Source: the human T2T-CHM13v2.0 reference genome, Homo sapiens
DNA length: 64,000 bases
Direction: 5' to 3' (one strand)
Assembly: GCF_009914755.1 (NCBI RefSeq)
Contig: NC_060925.1
Part shown: piece after piece, positions 1-23,799 of the stretch
How positions within the stretch are numbered: position 1 is the first letter of the stretch
Layout: each line of letters opens with the position of its first letter
Notes under the pieces: model-generated
What the model saw: only the letters and a program-made list of their open reading frames with translations
Databases searched by the model: none
What the model was told of the DNA's origin: nothing
Translations under genes and position numbers: made by a program

Positions 1-1564
1 TGAAAGGTGCCAGCCCGCTAAAGGAATGAAGGAGAGCTTGTTCATACCCAGCCATGAGGATCAGGGCAGCTGGAGGGCCACCACTGAGCTGTGTTTGGGG
101 GCAGCCAGGAGCATGCGCTGCCAGACAGAGGACCCTTTCCAGGCTGGCTGAGGACAGAAGGATGTGATCATTAAGCAAAGCCAACATGTTACTGACCCAT
201 AATCCCTTAAACCAGGAGGATTCGGGAAGGGCCTGGTCGCCTTGGCAACTAGGTGCTGGCCAGTCGCAGGGCTGAGAGCATCCTCCAGGAGTGGGCTGTG
301 CCTGGTGCTGGTGCATGGGTAACAGCTGGGAGCGGGTGCAGGGCGGCCCATCATAGGGCTCACCCCCTGGTGCCTTCTTGCCAGCATGGGTGGAAGCCCT
401 TGTGAGGCCTCAAGGGCAGTGTGTGCAGAGCAGGATGAGAGGGGGGCTGCACTGAGCGTGTAGGAAACCATGAAGGGAAGTGGAGGGGAGGTGAGACAGC
501 GCTGCTCTGGGTTTTCAGGGCAGGAGGGAGAAGGGAGGGTCTGCAGGAAGAAGCAGTTGCATGGGTCTCATTGGGTGGCCAGCAGGGCATCCTCTAATTC
601 AGAGGGCACGAGGAGCTGGGTAGCCTGAAGAAGAAAGCTTTCATGGTTGGGGACAGGACCGTGGGGGTGGGCAGAGCAGCTTACCCCGCTCCTCCATGGT
701 GTTCTCGGTAGGGGATACCTGCCTGCTTGGAGGGCTCTGGCATGGGAAGAGGCCTGCAGGGATCAAGCCTCATCTTCCCTAGGGCTCGACTCTATTAATG
801 GCAAGCTTCCGTGTTTCCCCTGAGACCTTCCACTGCTCCTGACCTCCTGTATTTCAGCTGGAGAGAAGGTGCAGCTGGCCAGCTCTGATGCACTCTTCCC
901 TTCCTCCTCTTTTTCCCCTCTTGCCTCCTGGGGCATGCCAGAGCAGAGACCTTCAGGTGTCAGTATCAGAGGTGAAATGAGGTTTGGACCCAATCATGTC
1001 CCAAGGGTGTTGGCCAAGCTGACATTCAGTTTACGGGCCTTGGTCAGTAAGATTTATTGGCTGTTGACACATTCAGGCCCTTGGACACAAGTTGGTAAAT
1101 TTCTGCTGGTCCAAGGACTGCCTGGTTCTGGCACCCTCCCTGCCACCCCAGCCCTTCCCCCAGAACTCTCTAGACCTCCAGCAGCTAAAGGGCTTAGGTC
1201 TGGGGGGCCTTCAGGATCCTCTTTGCACATCATGCCTGCTATTATGACCAATACTTTGCTGGACTAGGTGGTCCATAGAGAACTGCACAGGGCGTGGCGG
1301 GGCGGGCGGTGGGCAGTGGAGGCAGTGCTGAGGGTCACTGGGAGGAAGAAGGTGACTGGGAAGAAGAGGGTGAACACCCACCCTCAGAGGGGTCAAACTT
1401 TGCAGAAGACACAACCCTGGCTCCCAGTGATGGTGGCATACAGGGCGACAGAGCTTGATGAGAGAGCTGAATTCCCAGTGGGTGGAGACCTGGACTGGTT
1501 GCCTTGTTCTTTTCAACTGCTCTTCTCACACTTCCCATCTCAGGACCCGGCTGCCCAGTCCCTC

Positions 1565-9775
<8,211 letters not shown>

Positions 9776-11190
9776 GCCACGCCCACCTTGCTGTGGCCAA
9801 GGGACAAGAGATCACATGGAGCACAAATTCGGGTAGGATGGAGCCTGTGTGGCCCTCGGAGGACTGAAGAACGAGGGCTGACAGCCAGCCTGGAAGACCG
9901 CTTGGCAGCCCTTCTGGCCACGGCTGTTTCTTCTTTGTGCTTCCCGTGTGCCTCCCCAGTAGCCCTCACCTGCATACCAACCCCTCCTTTACCCACGTTG
10001 GGGCTGGCATAAGCTGCTTCCCTGAGAGGACATGAGGGGGGGGCGGTCCTCGTACCCTCTCCCACCCTGGTGTTTGGGCACCTGCGTGGGATGCACACGG
10101 ATGACAGAATCAAGGCGCCAGGATGGGCACTCTGCCCTGGATACAGGCTCTACCCTCCTCCCCCAGGACCTGCCTAGTGCCAGTTTGGTAGTCCCCCTTT
10201 CTGGCCCCTTGGAGCCCACACACGTTTCATCTTTTTCCCCTCTGAGAGCAAGAAGAGACATGGCATGTTCTCTGGGACCCTGGAATCCTAGGTACCCACA
10301 TGTGTGCCAAAGCCTACCCCACCTGGCAGGTGTCCCACAGCAACAGAAGGAATAGTAGTCCCCACTCTTTCCATCAGCCCTACCCTACCCTCATTCCCCG
10401 ACACCCTCTGGCTTGAACCATGGCTGAGCAGTGCCGGCATACGCTTTGCCGGCATGCTTGGATGCCCAGCTGTGTCCAGAGGTGGCCTGGGACCGCCAGT
10501 TGCACGCCTGCCACCTCAGCCAGCCCCCGCCCAGCTCATCAGTCTGAATGGAGTTGCCTTAAATTGGCAGGTGGTACCGTACTCACTGCCCTTGGAGCTG
10601 TGACCGGCTCCTGCCTGTCCACCCCTTCCCGAGGTGGCTCCTGCTTACCTTATCATCCCAGGGCTCTGATTAGCCAGGCCTGGTCAGGGTCCTGGGGACG
10701 GCACCCAGATATGCAGAGTCACCCTGACACTGGTGCCGGGCTGACCTCAGCTCCCGAAGGCTCGCACAGCCTCCCCATCCTTCCTTCCCGGCCCTTGTGG
10801 CTCTGTCCACCTGATCCCAATACCAGCTTCCCCCAGCCCCTGCCACCCCAGAGGGCGGCCACGACAGGGAGAGGTGTAGATGCCACCATCTGAGGGAGAG
10901 GAACGTGGAACAGGAGCAGGCTCTGATGCTGAGAGGCTTGCCTCCGGGGGCTGGAAGCCTGGGTGGCCGGGGCCCCTGAAGAAGGCTCCCCTCTGTATCC
11001 CCCAGGTCTCCTCAACACTGGGCTGATCCTGAATGGCACAGGCCAAGGGGAGGCCAGCCTCGCCTTTCTACCCAGGCCCCCTGCCCTGCCCACCTCAGGC
11101 CCCCACCCTCCGCTCCTCCCCACGGTACTGTGAACGTCGTGTGACTCAGTGCAGAGACAGATAATATATTTAATTCATGTACAGAAAGGA
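9776..11190 (+). other. CDK18: CDK18 3'UTR (~1.4 kb)
   Basis: Continues from the stop codon, repeat-free, ends in an AT-rich block with a variant poly(A) hexamer. The end position is approximate. Confidence 0.7.
11163..11168 (+). terminator. Probable non-canonical poly(A) signal AATATA of CDK18
   Basis: No AATAAA/ATTAAA seen in the UTR; AATATA sits in the only AT-rich patch, with a GT-rich tract further downstream. Confidence 0.5.
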
Positions 11191-11276
11191 GCGAGCAGTC
11201 TCGTACAGAAAAGCTGACTTTGATAGATTGATGCCAAAGATGGAGAACTGAAGGCCCCCCTCCAGGCCTAATGAGT

Positions 11277-11357
11277 GTGGGTGGGGTGTGCTTGTGTGTA
11301 TGTGTGTATGTGTGTGTGTGTGTGTGTGTATGTGTATATATATATATATATATATAT
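11277..11357. repeat. Compound (TG)n(TA)n microsatellite
   Basis: Direct reading. Confidence 0.95.
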
Positions 11358-13699
11358 AGTGAGGAGAGAGTTTGATTTGTGTGTATCTCTGACCTCCCCC
11401 ACACCCCAGGCTGTGGGACGAGTGCCTAGCATTCACCTTGCTGTATCCTGGGTGCTGCTGCGTTCAGAGCCAGAAGTTGGCTCTTGCTGAGGAGCATCAG
11501 TGGTTGTTGTGGGTGGGCAGAGGAGTCCCAGGCCTGGGAGTCTGACCTGTGGCCTGGCATTGGCCCAAGTTGGTGCCTGTGGGGTGGGGCTGGCCAGGAG
11601 AGCAAAGAGGGACCCCTGGGCGGGGGTCTGGGGTCTGGCCGTGCAGCTAATCCCTGTGTTCCTGATGCCAAATGGCCCCCTGGCTTCTGGGGAGGGAGGT
11701 AGGCAAGATCAAGATGAGGTTGACATGGGAGATGGCCAAGGCCAGGGCAGCAGGACGAGGGTGTGGGCCTCACTGTAATTCAGGCTCTGCAAGAATTGCT
11801 GCAGACCTCGAATACACCTCCTGCTGCTGCCTAGACCGCCTCCCCACCTTTGATCTGGACACAACCCACCCCCGCAACACATCATACACAGCTCCCAAAG
11901 TGCTCAGAGTCCTGCTGTTGTCCAGTTCGGTGTCCAGGTTTGTTCTTCCCGAGACCACTCTGAGAATGCCAGGCCCGAAACCCTGCCTCCTGACCTGTCC
12001 TCATGCCTGGCCTTAAGCACTTTGCAGTTTGGCATGGTTTGCAGTTACTTAAGAGGGTGGCTGCTTTCCAGAGGAGGAAGCTGATGCTGAGGTTGATGAT
12101 GTCTCCCAAGGCTCTGGAAGTAAGGGGCGGGCCAGGGCTCCATTCTCAGCTCAGCACCAGTTCTACCGAAGGAGACCTCCTCACTTTGCTTGTAGGCAGC
12201 CAGACACCAAAGTAGGGTCGTAACTCAGACAATTAGTGCTTGAGGGGAGGAGAAGGGCTGGGAAATGCATTGGTGGGAATTGGAAACCAGACATTTATTA
12301 AGTTCCCTGCTGGGTGCCAGGCAGCCCTGTGCCCAGGCATTGTCTCACTGAATCCTCATAGAAACCCCCCTTTCTCCCCACTTTGCAGATGAGGACAGGA
12401 GCCTCCCAGGGGTAGCCTGGGGTCACACACCAAATTAGAATCCCAGGTGTCTGCCCCCCAGCCCTGTGGTCTTTAAGGAGTGGGAGGCGTGGGGAGGGTG
12501 AGGTGGAGACAGTGCAGAGGCCCTGGAGGGAGGAAAACACACAAGGAAGGATATGGGCAGATGCTGCCTTGAGGAGCACTTTGCAAGGCAACTCTTGTGG
12601 CAGGCAGAGGTGGCCCAGAGTCGCTGGGGGCAGCCGTTCTTGCTGCTGCAGCTGTGGCCCTGCTGAGGAGGCGCACACCTAGGGGCTTCTGACATCAGGC
12701 ATGCTGAGCTTCTGCCCTAGAAAGCTGCCAGGGCTGGGAGTGCCGGCCAGCCTGGGGGTGTGGAACTCAGCTGGACAGGCCTACACCAGGCCTTGGATAT
12801 GATTGGTGCTCAAAAAGTGATGGCTCCGGAGAAGGAAGCTGGGTTCGGGTGTGAAGAGGGGCTGAGTGATTTTGGCCATGAGCTGCCACTGGGCTCCCAG
12901 GGACCAGGCTGAGCTACAACCCAACCCAGTGTCCTGGAGCCCTCGGTTTCCTGGGCACCCCTGCAATCATTTCCTTATGCCGGTGACTCTCAAAAACAGG
13001 AGCCTGCCCCATTCTGCTGGAATCCCCGGCCCAAAGCAGCCTTTTACAAGTCATTCCCCCTCAGGCCTCACTTGTCACCTGCCTGCTTCTGGGACAGGTC
13101 AGGAATATCCAGGGTGCAGATGCCGTCCCCTCCACCATGGCCACTTGGCAGGGGCATTTGAGGCATGTAGCAGCCCTGCAGCTTCAGACAAAATGTCCTA
13201 TTTGCTGAACTCTACAGGGTGGGGGTGATATCAGCTCCTGTGCTTGGCACTGCCCACATCATCTTGCACCCCGGTGGGACCTGGAGCTCGCTCTCCCCTG
13301 CCCCACCCTCCTGTGGGCTCCCATTCACCCTGCCCCTACTCTCTGGGTCCAGTGGTCAGGGCTGATGTCTAATAGGCCACCACTCCTCTACCCTGCTAGG
13401 CCCCCTGGGTCAGCCAAGTGTCAGACACTGTTGCAGGCCTGCTCCTTTCCTCCCTTCTTGAAGCATCCCAGCCTCCTTTGGGCCATCTCCCCACCTCTAT
13501 CACTGCTCAGACCCTTGCTTTTGGCCGTGACACTCTACAGCACCCCAGTGAGCCCCTCTATCTCCAGAGCAAATCATCAGCACCATGAATTAGCCACAGC
13601 CTCCTCCATGCCTGGCCCTGTGCTAGATGCCAGGGACACCAAGATGCATGACATTCCACCCCTACCTTCCAGAAGCTCAGACCTGCCGGCAGAGATGGC

Positions 13700-13960
13700 C
13701 TTGATTACAACAGGTTTTCTCAAGAACCCACTGTGCACCCGGTGCTGTGCTAGGCACTGAGGATACAGCCGTGAACAAGATGGCCAAGCCCTACTCTCAT
13801 AGAGCTTATGTTCCAGTGGGGGGTATAAGACGTTATCCAAACCAACAGGCATATCAAGGGGTCATAAGTGTGATGAGACAAAATAAGGCAGGGGCAGGTT
13901 TGAGGGGGAAGAATGTGATGGCATAGGGAGGGGAACTGCCTGGTCAGGGAGGGACCTCTC
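13700..13960 (-). mobile_element. L2 LINE 3' fragment
   Basis: tgtgctaggcactgaggatacagccgtgaacaag is the reverse complement of the L2 3' end. Confidence 0.65.
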
Positions 13961-13978
13961 CATCAAAAATGAGCTATG

Positions 13979-14253
13979 GGCTGGGCGTGGTGGCTCACAC
14001 CTGTAATTCTGGCACTTTGGGATGCCAAGGCAGGCAGATCGCTTGAGCCCAAGGGTTTGAGATCAGCCTGGGCAACATAGCGAGACCCCGTCTCTATTTA
14101 AAAAAAAATTAGCTGGGTGTGACGGCTCATGCCTGTAGTCTCAGCTACTCAGGAGGCTGAGGTAGGAGGATCACTTGAACCCAGGTCGAGCCGCAGTGAG
14201 CAGTGATCATGCCACTACCATCCAGCCTGGGCAATGGAGTGAGACCCTGTACC

Positions 14254-14282
<29 letters not shown>
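13979..14282 (+). mobile_element. Alu (AluJ-like)
   Basis: Full dimer with A-tail; TSD-like aaa(a/g)tgagctatg on both sides. Confidence 0.93.
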
Positions 14283-14284
<2 letters not shown>

Positions 14285-16186
14285 GAGCTATGTTGTGTAA
14301 GGGGGCCAGGTGGACAGCCAGGGACAGAGTATTCCAACAAAGGCCCTGAGGTGAACGTACTTGAGAATGAGTGAGAGGCAGTGAGGCCAGGGCACAGTGA
14401 GCCAGGCAGCATGGCAGGAGGGATGTATCATGTGGGGCAGTGGCTCTGCCCATTAGATCCACCTGGGAAGTGCTTAAGATCCACTGCCATCCGGCCCCAG
14501 CTCAGATTGATTCAGATGACCCTAACATGTATCCAGGGTTGAGAACCGCTCACTCGTGCGGGGTCTTGCGGGCTGTGGTACGGGTTCTGGATTTTATTCT
14601 GAGATGGGAAGCCACTGGCCTCTGTTTTTAAAGGCTCAGAGGGTCAAATAGGAGATGTCAGCCCCTATAAGGAGGGTGATGGGGCAGGGAGAGGAAGGAT
14701 CCCCCAGGTGGTGGTAGAGCAGCAGCAGGTGTGGTGGGAAAGGAGAAGGGAAGCACCTGCTCTCCTGTGTTGCTGCGAGAGGGACTGTCATCCTAATCCC
14801 AGGGAGGGCCACAGAGGCTCTAGGGTTAGGTGACCTGCATGGCCACACAGGGAGTAAGGTGGACTGTCAATTACAACCCAGGTCAGCCTACCTGAGCAGC
14901 TGCCTCCGGGCAGGTGTGGGCACTGGCACGGACACTCCACCTCACTTGTTTGCATGGAGGATGGGCATCTGGTTTCCAGGGACTGGGAAATCCTTGCCTT
15001 CTGGTCACCTAAAAGCATTGTCTGACAGGCAGCCAGTTGACACCTGGGGGTTGGGCAAAAGTCACTATCCCCCACCCCACCAAGTGCCCCCTGAGTGATG
15101 ACTCAGCCCCTCTTCCGGACCCTCAGAACCTCCCACCATCTGCCAACTAAAAGCATCATTGGGCACCAGGGCCCTGCTCCCGCCCTAGCTGTGGAGGCCC
15201 GGTGGCTGGCATCATTGCTGATGGTCAGTGCCCAGACTCCAGGGAGTGTGTGCCAATTCTCCTAGACAGGACGGGTGGGGCCAAGGGCAGCTCTGATGAG
15301 ATTGCAGGTGCCACGTGGCCACTCCCGCTTCCTCCCTTGTTTTCTCCTCTTCCTTCTTCCTGCTTCTTTTTACTTCTCTCAGTGCCCCTTGGGGGCACTA
15401 GGTATTACTCAGTGGGCGGCCCTGAGTAATACTGAAACCCAGAGATCAATAATTTGACCCAGCCTCTTGTCTAAGGAAGGAGATTTTGCAGCCTCTCCCT
15501 TGAATCAACCCAAGCCTCCAGTCCCTGAGATGTGTTCTCAATGCCAAGCATCAACCCTTGCTCCTGCATCCCTGGGCCCTTCCTGGTGATGTGACGCAAA
15601 CATGGAGAGCTGAAGCATGGACAGGGCGTGGCAGGGAGGATCCCCGCTGCCCTCCTGCATGTGGTCAGCACTCCTGCTTGCCCCTTTCTGGGCTAGAAAC
15701 TTCTAGCCCAGTTCCTCATCTTCCTGTCTCCTCCAGAGCTCCTCCCTCCCTAATTTACTCATTATCCATCAGATGGTTCCAGACTCTGTGCCAGGCTCTG
15801 TTTTCAGTACCCAGGATACAAACTTGACCCTGACTTAGACCCCACTCCCAGGAGCTCAGCGTCTCAGAGGCGGCTAGGATAATCTTTTCTTCCTCTCAGC
15901 TTCTTAAGGTCTCAGCTACTTGGGGGAAAGACAGTTGTCCATTAGTCATTCTATTAAAATTTCCTAAGGTTTTTTTTTTTTTCAAGAACAATAAAATGTT
16001 TTAATGTCCTCATGTTTTCCCTGGAGGAGAGATTGGCTAAGTCCTAGGTTCCTGGGAAGAAGGAATCTTGAACAACCAGGGAAATAACACACAGGCTCCA
16101 AAATCACAGACTTGGATTCAAATCCCAGCTCTACGGCTTGCAAGCTGTGTCACCTTGGGAATGTTCCTTAACTGCTCTGTGCCTCA

Positions 16187-16633
<447 letters not shown>

Positions 16634-17306
16634 TCACTCTGCACACTCCCACCCACTTCTCCACAAGCAGGAATTCCAGCTTCCTCCCTCCTGGAAGTAA
16701 AGTGGAAGATCATATGCTTTTATTTCTTGCATTCTTCACTCTTGATAAGATCTCAATCAGCAAGAATGTATTAAGAACATCCTACTTAAAAGATTTTGCA
16801 AGACTTTTAAAATGACCTCAGCCCAGAGTTTTTTCTCCACGGAAGCTTTAAACGTAGCTGGGGAAGTAAACATGGAAAGAGAATTTATGATAAAAGGCAC
16901 TGGGTCAGGCGTCACTCAAAGTGGATCCGCTGCCTCTTGAGGTAGTAAGCGCTTTGTCCCCCAGACTGGGAAACCACTTGGGAATTCCAGGGGCATCACT
17001 GCCTCTGGTATGTCTTGCCAGGTTCCTGAGGAGCCAGCAGCCAGATCTGCACCTGGCCTGACCCTATTCCTTGGATCTTTCTTTTTTGCTGTGCGGAGTA
17101 GCAAGGTGTAACTGGCAGATGAGATACCTTCCTCAGAGAAGCCAGAGGAATGTGGCAAAGCATGATCCTGGGCTTGCAAACACTCTTCTCCTTGGATTCC
17201 AGGATGCCAGGGGTATCCTCTCAGGCCTGTCACTGGCTTTGAGGCCAGACTTGGCTTTTCAGGACCTGAGACTGATTCTGGGGTGTGGGAATGAACTAAT
17301 CTGGGA

Positions 17307-17611
<305 letters not shown>

Positions 17612-18025
17612 TGAGATTCTTAAATCTCGAGTTGATGAGAGTAGGAGGGCCACCTCAGGGAACAGGAGATGGGGCCAGAGGTTAGGGCTCAGTACTGTTT
17701 CCTGCCTTGGGCAGATGCCTTGAGTGGGTACCTTCAGCCACCTGTGATTCCATACCTCCAGCCAGTGTTCCACTTGGTAATGGAATTTACTGCCTGGCTT
17801 CTCTGTAGAAGATGAGTGGGGGTGGGGCGAGGTTGCGATTTACAAGCAATAGAGGCAGTGCTGTGCCAGGCTGCCTCAGCCTAAGTCCTGGCACCACCAC
17901 ATCCTAGTTGTATGAACTTAGCCACATCGCATGGCTTCTCTCTGCCTCAGTTTCCCCACCTACAAAATGGGGTGATCATAGGATGAGTGTGGATTAAATG
18001 AATTAGTACATGAAAAGCACGCAGA

Positions 18026-18316
18026 GCCCAGGCACGGTGGCTCACACCTGTAATCCCAGCACTTTGGGAGGCCGAGGCGAGCAGATCACAAGGTCAGGAA
18101 TTCGAGACCAGCCTGGCCAACATAGAGAAACCCTGTCTCTACTAAAAATACAAAAATTAGCCAGGCATGGTGATGCACACCTGTAATCCCAGCTACCCAG
18201 GAGGCTGAGGCAGGAGAATCGCTTGAACTGGGAGGCGGAGGTTGTGGTGAGCCAAGATTGCGCCACGGCACCCCAGCTTAGGCAATAGAGCAAGACTCCG
18301 TCTCAAAAAAAAAAAA
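18026..18316 (+). mobile_element. Alu (AluS-like) with a tail expanded into GAA/GAG repeats, inserted in a MIR
   Basis: TSD aa(a/g)agcacgcaga at 18013-18025 and 18451-18463. Confidence 0.93.
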
Positions 18317-18452
18317 GAAGAAGAAGAAGGAGAAGGAGAAGGAGGAGGAGGAGGAGGAGGAAGAGGAAGAAGAAGAAGAAGAAGAAGAAGAAGAAGAAGA
18401 AGAAGAAGAAGAAGAAGAAGAAGAAGAAGAAGAAGAAGAAGAAGAAGAAGAA
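18317..18452 (+). repeat. (GAA)/(GAG) purine tract ending in pure (GAA)29 at 18366-18452
   Basis: Direct count. Confidence 0.95.
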
Positions 18453-18809
18453 GAGCACGCAGAATTTACTGGTCATGTAGAAAGCATTACACAGTGTAAG
18501 CTGTTGTTATGTCATCTTTCCCTGAGGGTAGAAGCAGGCATCACCCACCTTCTCTGTTTCACTGTGAGGGCTGTGACCAGGAGCCAAAGGCTTCTTACTA
18601 AAAGGAGGAATGGTTCCGTGGGGCACACAAGTGAATAAAACCCTTTCTGTCTATGGAGAACTACCTGTCCTCCCAAAATGCCATTAGAGTTTGGGAATTC
18701 TGGTGTCCCTTACTCTAACAGATACCGATGTTAGGCAAAAGGCTATGAACTTAACAAACATTACCTAAATTTTAAAACTTTTTAAAAGTTAAGAGACAAA
18801 TCTTTTGGG

Positions 18810-19419
<610 letters not shown>

Positions 19420-20687
19420 GTCTCCTTGGCTTAGACCACTCTGTGAAACACTAGAGATTCAGAAATAAATAAACAGTGTTCTATCCTCAAGGAATTCACA
19501 GCCTGGTAAAGGAGAGAGATATCGGTTGCAGAAATGTGGTAGGGATTATCCCAGAGATTGTAAACAGTTGCCCAGATGACTTGCTCCTTCCACCTCCCTC
19601 CACTCCCCTTCCTCAGCCCCTGCAGTACCTACCTGGTTTGCAAGCCTTGTAAACTGAGTTGGGCCTCACTGCTAGGCTCATAGCTGTGAATGAAAATATG
19701 AGTGAATACAAACATGAAATGTCTGCTACATTAGGAACTTGCTGGAACCCACTCTTGCCTGGCCAGCTCTCTCCCTTCCCTTCCATGCAGCAGCAGGCAC
19801 CTCGGGCTACCCCTGCTGCCTTGAGCTTAGACTTTAGACTCGAGTCCCCATTTACAGTCACGGGGTACAGCCAATCTTGTTTCTAAGGTGTTTCCAAACT
19901 CTACTCCCCAACCTCCACTCCTAGGGGTTCCTGGGCTGCAGAGGGCCTCCAGAGAGGCTTCAGGACATTCCACTGACTGTCCCACTGTCACCACTAAGGG
20001 TTGAGCCTCCTCACTAGCAAGGTGCCTAAGCCCCTTGTACCCTGGCTCCGACTTCTTTGCATACTCTGCAATCTTGCTACTAGACCAAGGACCCATTTTC
20101 CCCAAGGGCACCTCCTACCTTAAGCCCTTGTGCCTGAGTCTGTCCACGTTCCCTCTGTTTGGACTTCCTTCCTTCCTTCCAGCTCCCTGCAGCACCAGTT
20201 CCAGTTCAGTCACTGTGCCTTGGGCAAACTCCCTCACCTGGCTGAGACCTTGGTGCTTTTGTCCCTACAATGAAGGTGGGTCCTGGATGCCCTCAGGGTC
20301 TCATTCTTGCTCCTGGATGTTACATAAACCTGTCTGCTGTCACTTTCGTGTTTTATAATCCCCCCTCTTCTTCTTTCAAACATGCCTCAAACTCCCTTCC
20401 TCCAGGAAGCCTTCCTTAATCAGCCCCGTGAATGCTCCCATATGTGCTCAGTTCTGGTGGTAGCAAGTGGGCCTATGCCAGTGCTGGTGCCAAGGGGTCC
20501 ACAGGGGCCTTAGCTCCCTCATAACCTCCATTGCCTGAAAGGCCACCCAAATACCTATAACCTAAGTGAAAAACAGAGCTTAGCATAGAAACAGTGACCA
20601 CTTCTCAGTAAATCCCCCAAGCATTCTCCCAATCCCCAACCAGACCTACCCCAAGCCAGACAGTCTAGAAATTCTAGTTGTCTATAG

Positions 20688-21081
<394 letters not shown>

Positions 21082-21262
21082 TAGTCTACACTCTTGTATC
21101 TAGGTTTTCAGTGTCTAAGTCTCTTTCTTGGGTTTAAGTTGTAAGCTGCCTGGGATGAAAAGCGCCATGCCTTCTAATTCCTGGCTGTGACCTCCCCGAG
21201 TGGCTTTGTCAGAGGAATGACACCACTTGGTGACCAAGTATTTTTTTAAATAATTATTTGGG

Positions 21263-21574
<312 letters not shown>

Positions 21575-21839
21575 AATGTTTTTAATAATTATGAAAATGC
21601 TTTCACGCCCAGTAGCCCTTGTTGCCTCACCTTCTGTGAGGGAGACAGAGCATGCACGATTTCCCCATTTCAGTGGATGGGGAAACTGAGGCTTTGGGAT
21701 TTTGAACTCCTTGCACATGGGAGGTTAAGTGGCAACACTTGGCCTCCTACCAGGCACACCCCTGCCCCAACGCTGTGCACCGTAGGTCAGTAACTCTGAA
21801 CTGTTTTGTTTGCCAGCTCAGGTTTTAATCCGTTTCAGC

Positions 21840-22260
21840 ATCGGGCCGTGAGCAGTGGCCGCGGGGCTAGCAGGAGAGCCAGAATAAGCAGATTTGGCTT
21901 CTAATCTGACTCACCCAACTGGTTCAGAATGCAGCCAAACCGGGGAAATTTGGGTGAGCTCCTCCTCTTCCCCTCCCTCACTTGCTCTCGCAGTTGTCCT
22001 CTAGCACCTCTCTCTACCCCTCCCTCCCCGTCCCCCCGCCCCACTCCCCCAGCTCTGGGAGCGCATGCGGGGGCGGGGTCCTAGGAGGATGTGAGCCCAT
22101 GGACACGCGGGCGGGATGTTTTTCTCCTCGTCATTGTTCTCCCATGCCCATTGTGTGCGCTGAGAGCAGCACGTCACCAAGTCGCCTGGCAGGCTCTCAG
22201 CAGAGCTGGGGAATGTTTCCGGAGTGGACTAATCCATTATGAGTGGCCGAAACTTTTTAA
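21840..22260. promoter_or_regulatory. Orphan CpG-rich promoter/enhancer-like element
   Basis: AP-1 TGACTCA 21907-21913; GC boxes 22034-22042 and 22070-22078; NRF1-like GCGCATGCG 22061-22069; E2F-like GGCGGGA 22110-22116; TGACGTG on the minus strand 22170-22176; ETS core TTCCGG 22217-22222. Confidence 0.55.
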
Positions 22261-22514
22261 AAGCTCTGGCGTTTCTTTGCATGGCCAGACTGGGAGAGCC
22301 AAAGAGAAGGAAGGATTTGGAAACTCCTGGCTTTGAGGCTACAGGTCCCAGGGACCTTGGCAGACCCGTGGTTTGCCAAGAGGGCCTTTCAGACTGGGCC
22401 TGCCACCCAGTGAGGGATCTAGGAATGTCACGTGGAGGGGAAATGGCAGGTGGGGCAGTGGATGGAGGGCTCAGCTGGAGGTGTGGAAGGAGTCAAAATT
22501 GTATTATATTTTGT

Positions 22515-22588
22515 TTACAACACCTGACCCCAACTTGGGACTTGGGATGGCTTACAACACCTGACCCCAACTTGGGACTTGGGATGGC
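22515..22588 (+). repeat. Perfect 37-bp tandem duplication
   Basis: TTACAACACCTGACCCCAACTTGGGACTTGGGATGGC x2. Confidence 0.95.
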
Positions 22589-23019
22589 TCACACCTGAGT
22601 ATGGGAAAGGACCTAGTCACCTTTGAAAGCTTCACTGAGCTCCCCCCAGAGGAAATGGAAAGTCAGAATTGTTTTGAAGTGGGTCAGTGTTTGCCAGTGG
22701 GTGAGTAATGCTCAGTGCTCCCAGCTCTTTCCTCCCAGAGAAAGCATTCCTCTATGCATCCCTCTCTTTACCACTAGGCTGGGGGTGCCATCTCTCCGAG
22801 GTGCCCAGTGCTTTGCGTACATTTCTTCATTGTTTGATTGGTCTTGTGAGAATCAACTCACAGCAAGACCAATAAGCTTGTGTAGTAACCTATTTCTTTA
22901 GATGAGGAAACTGAGTTTCACAGAGACTGAGATTGCTCCAGACCACGCAGCTACTTTGTGGCAGAGCTGGGACTGGAACCCAGGTCTGTGACACTCCAAA
23001 GTCCATGTTCTGCGACAGA

Positions 23020-23799
<780 letters not shown>

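Noticed and set aside
22515-22598. 37-bp direct repeat resembling a CRISPR repeat in length
   Set aside because: The copies are adjacent with no spacers, in a mammalian context with no cas genes
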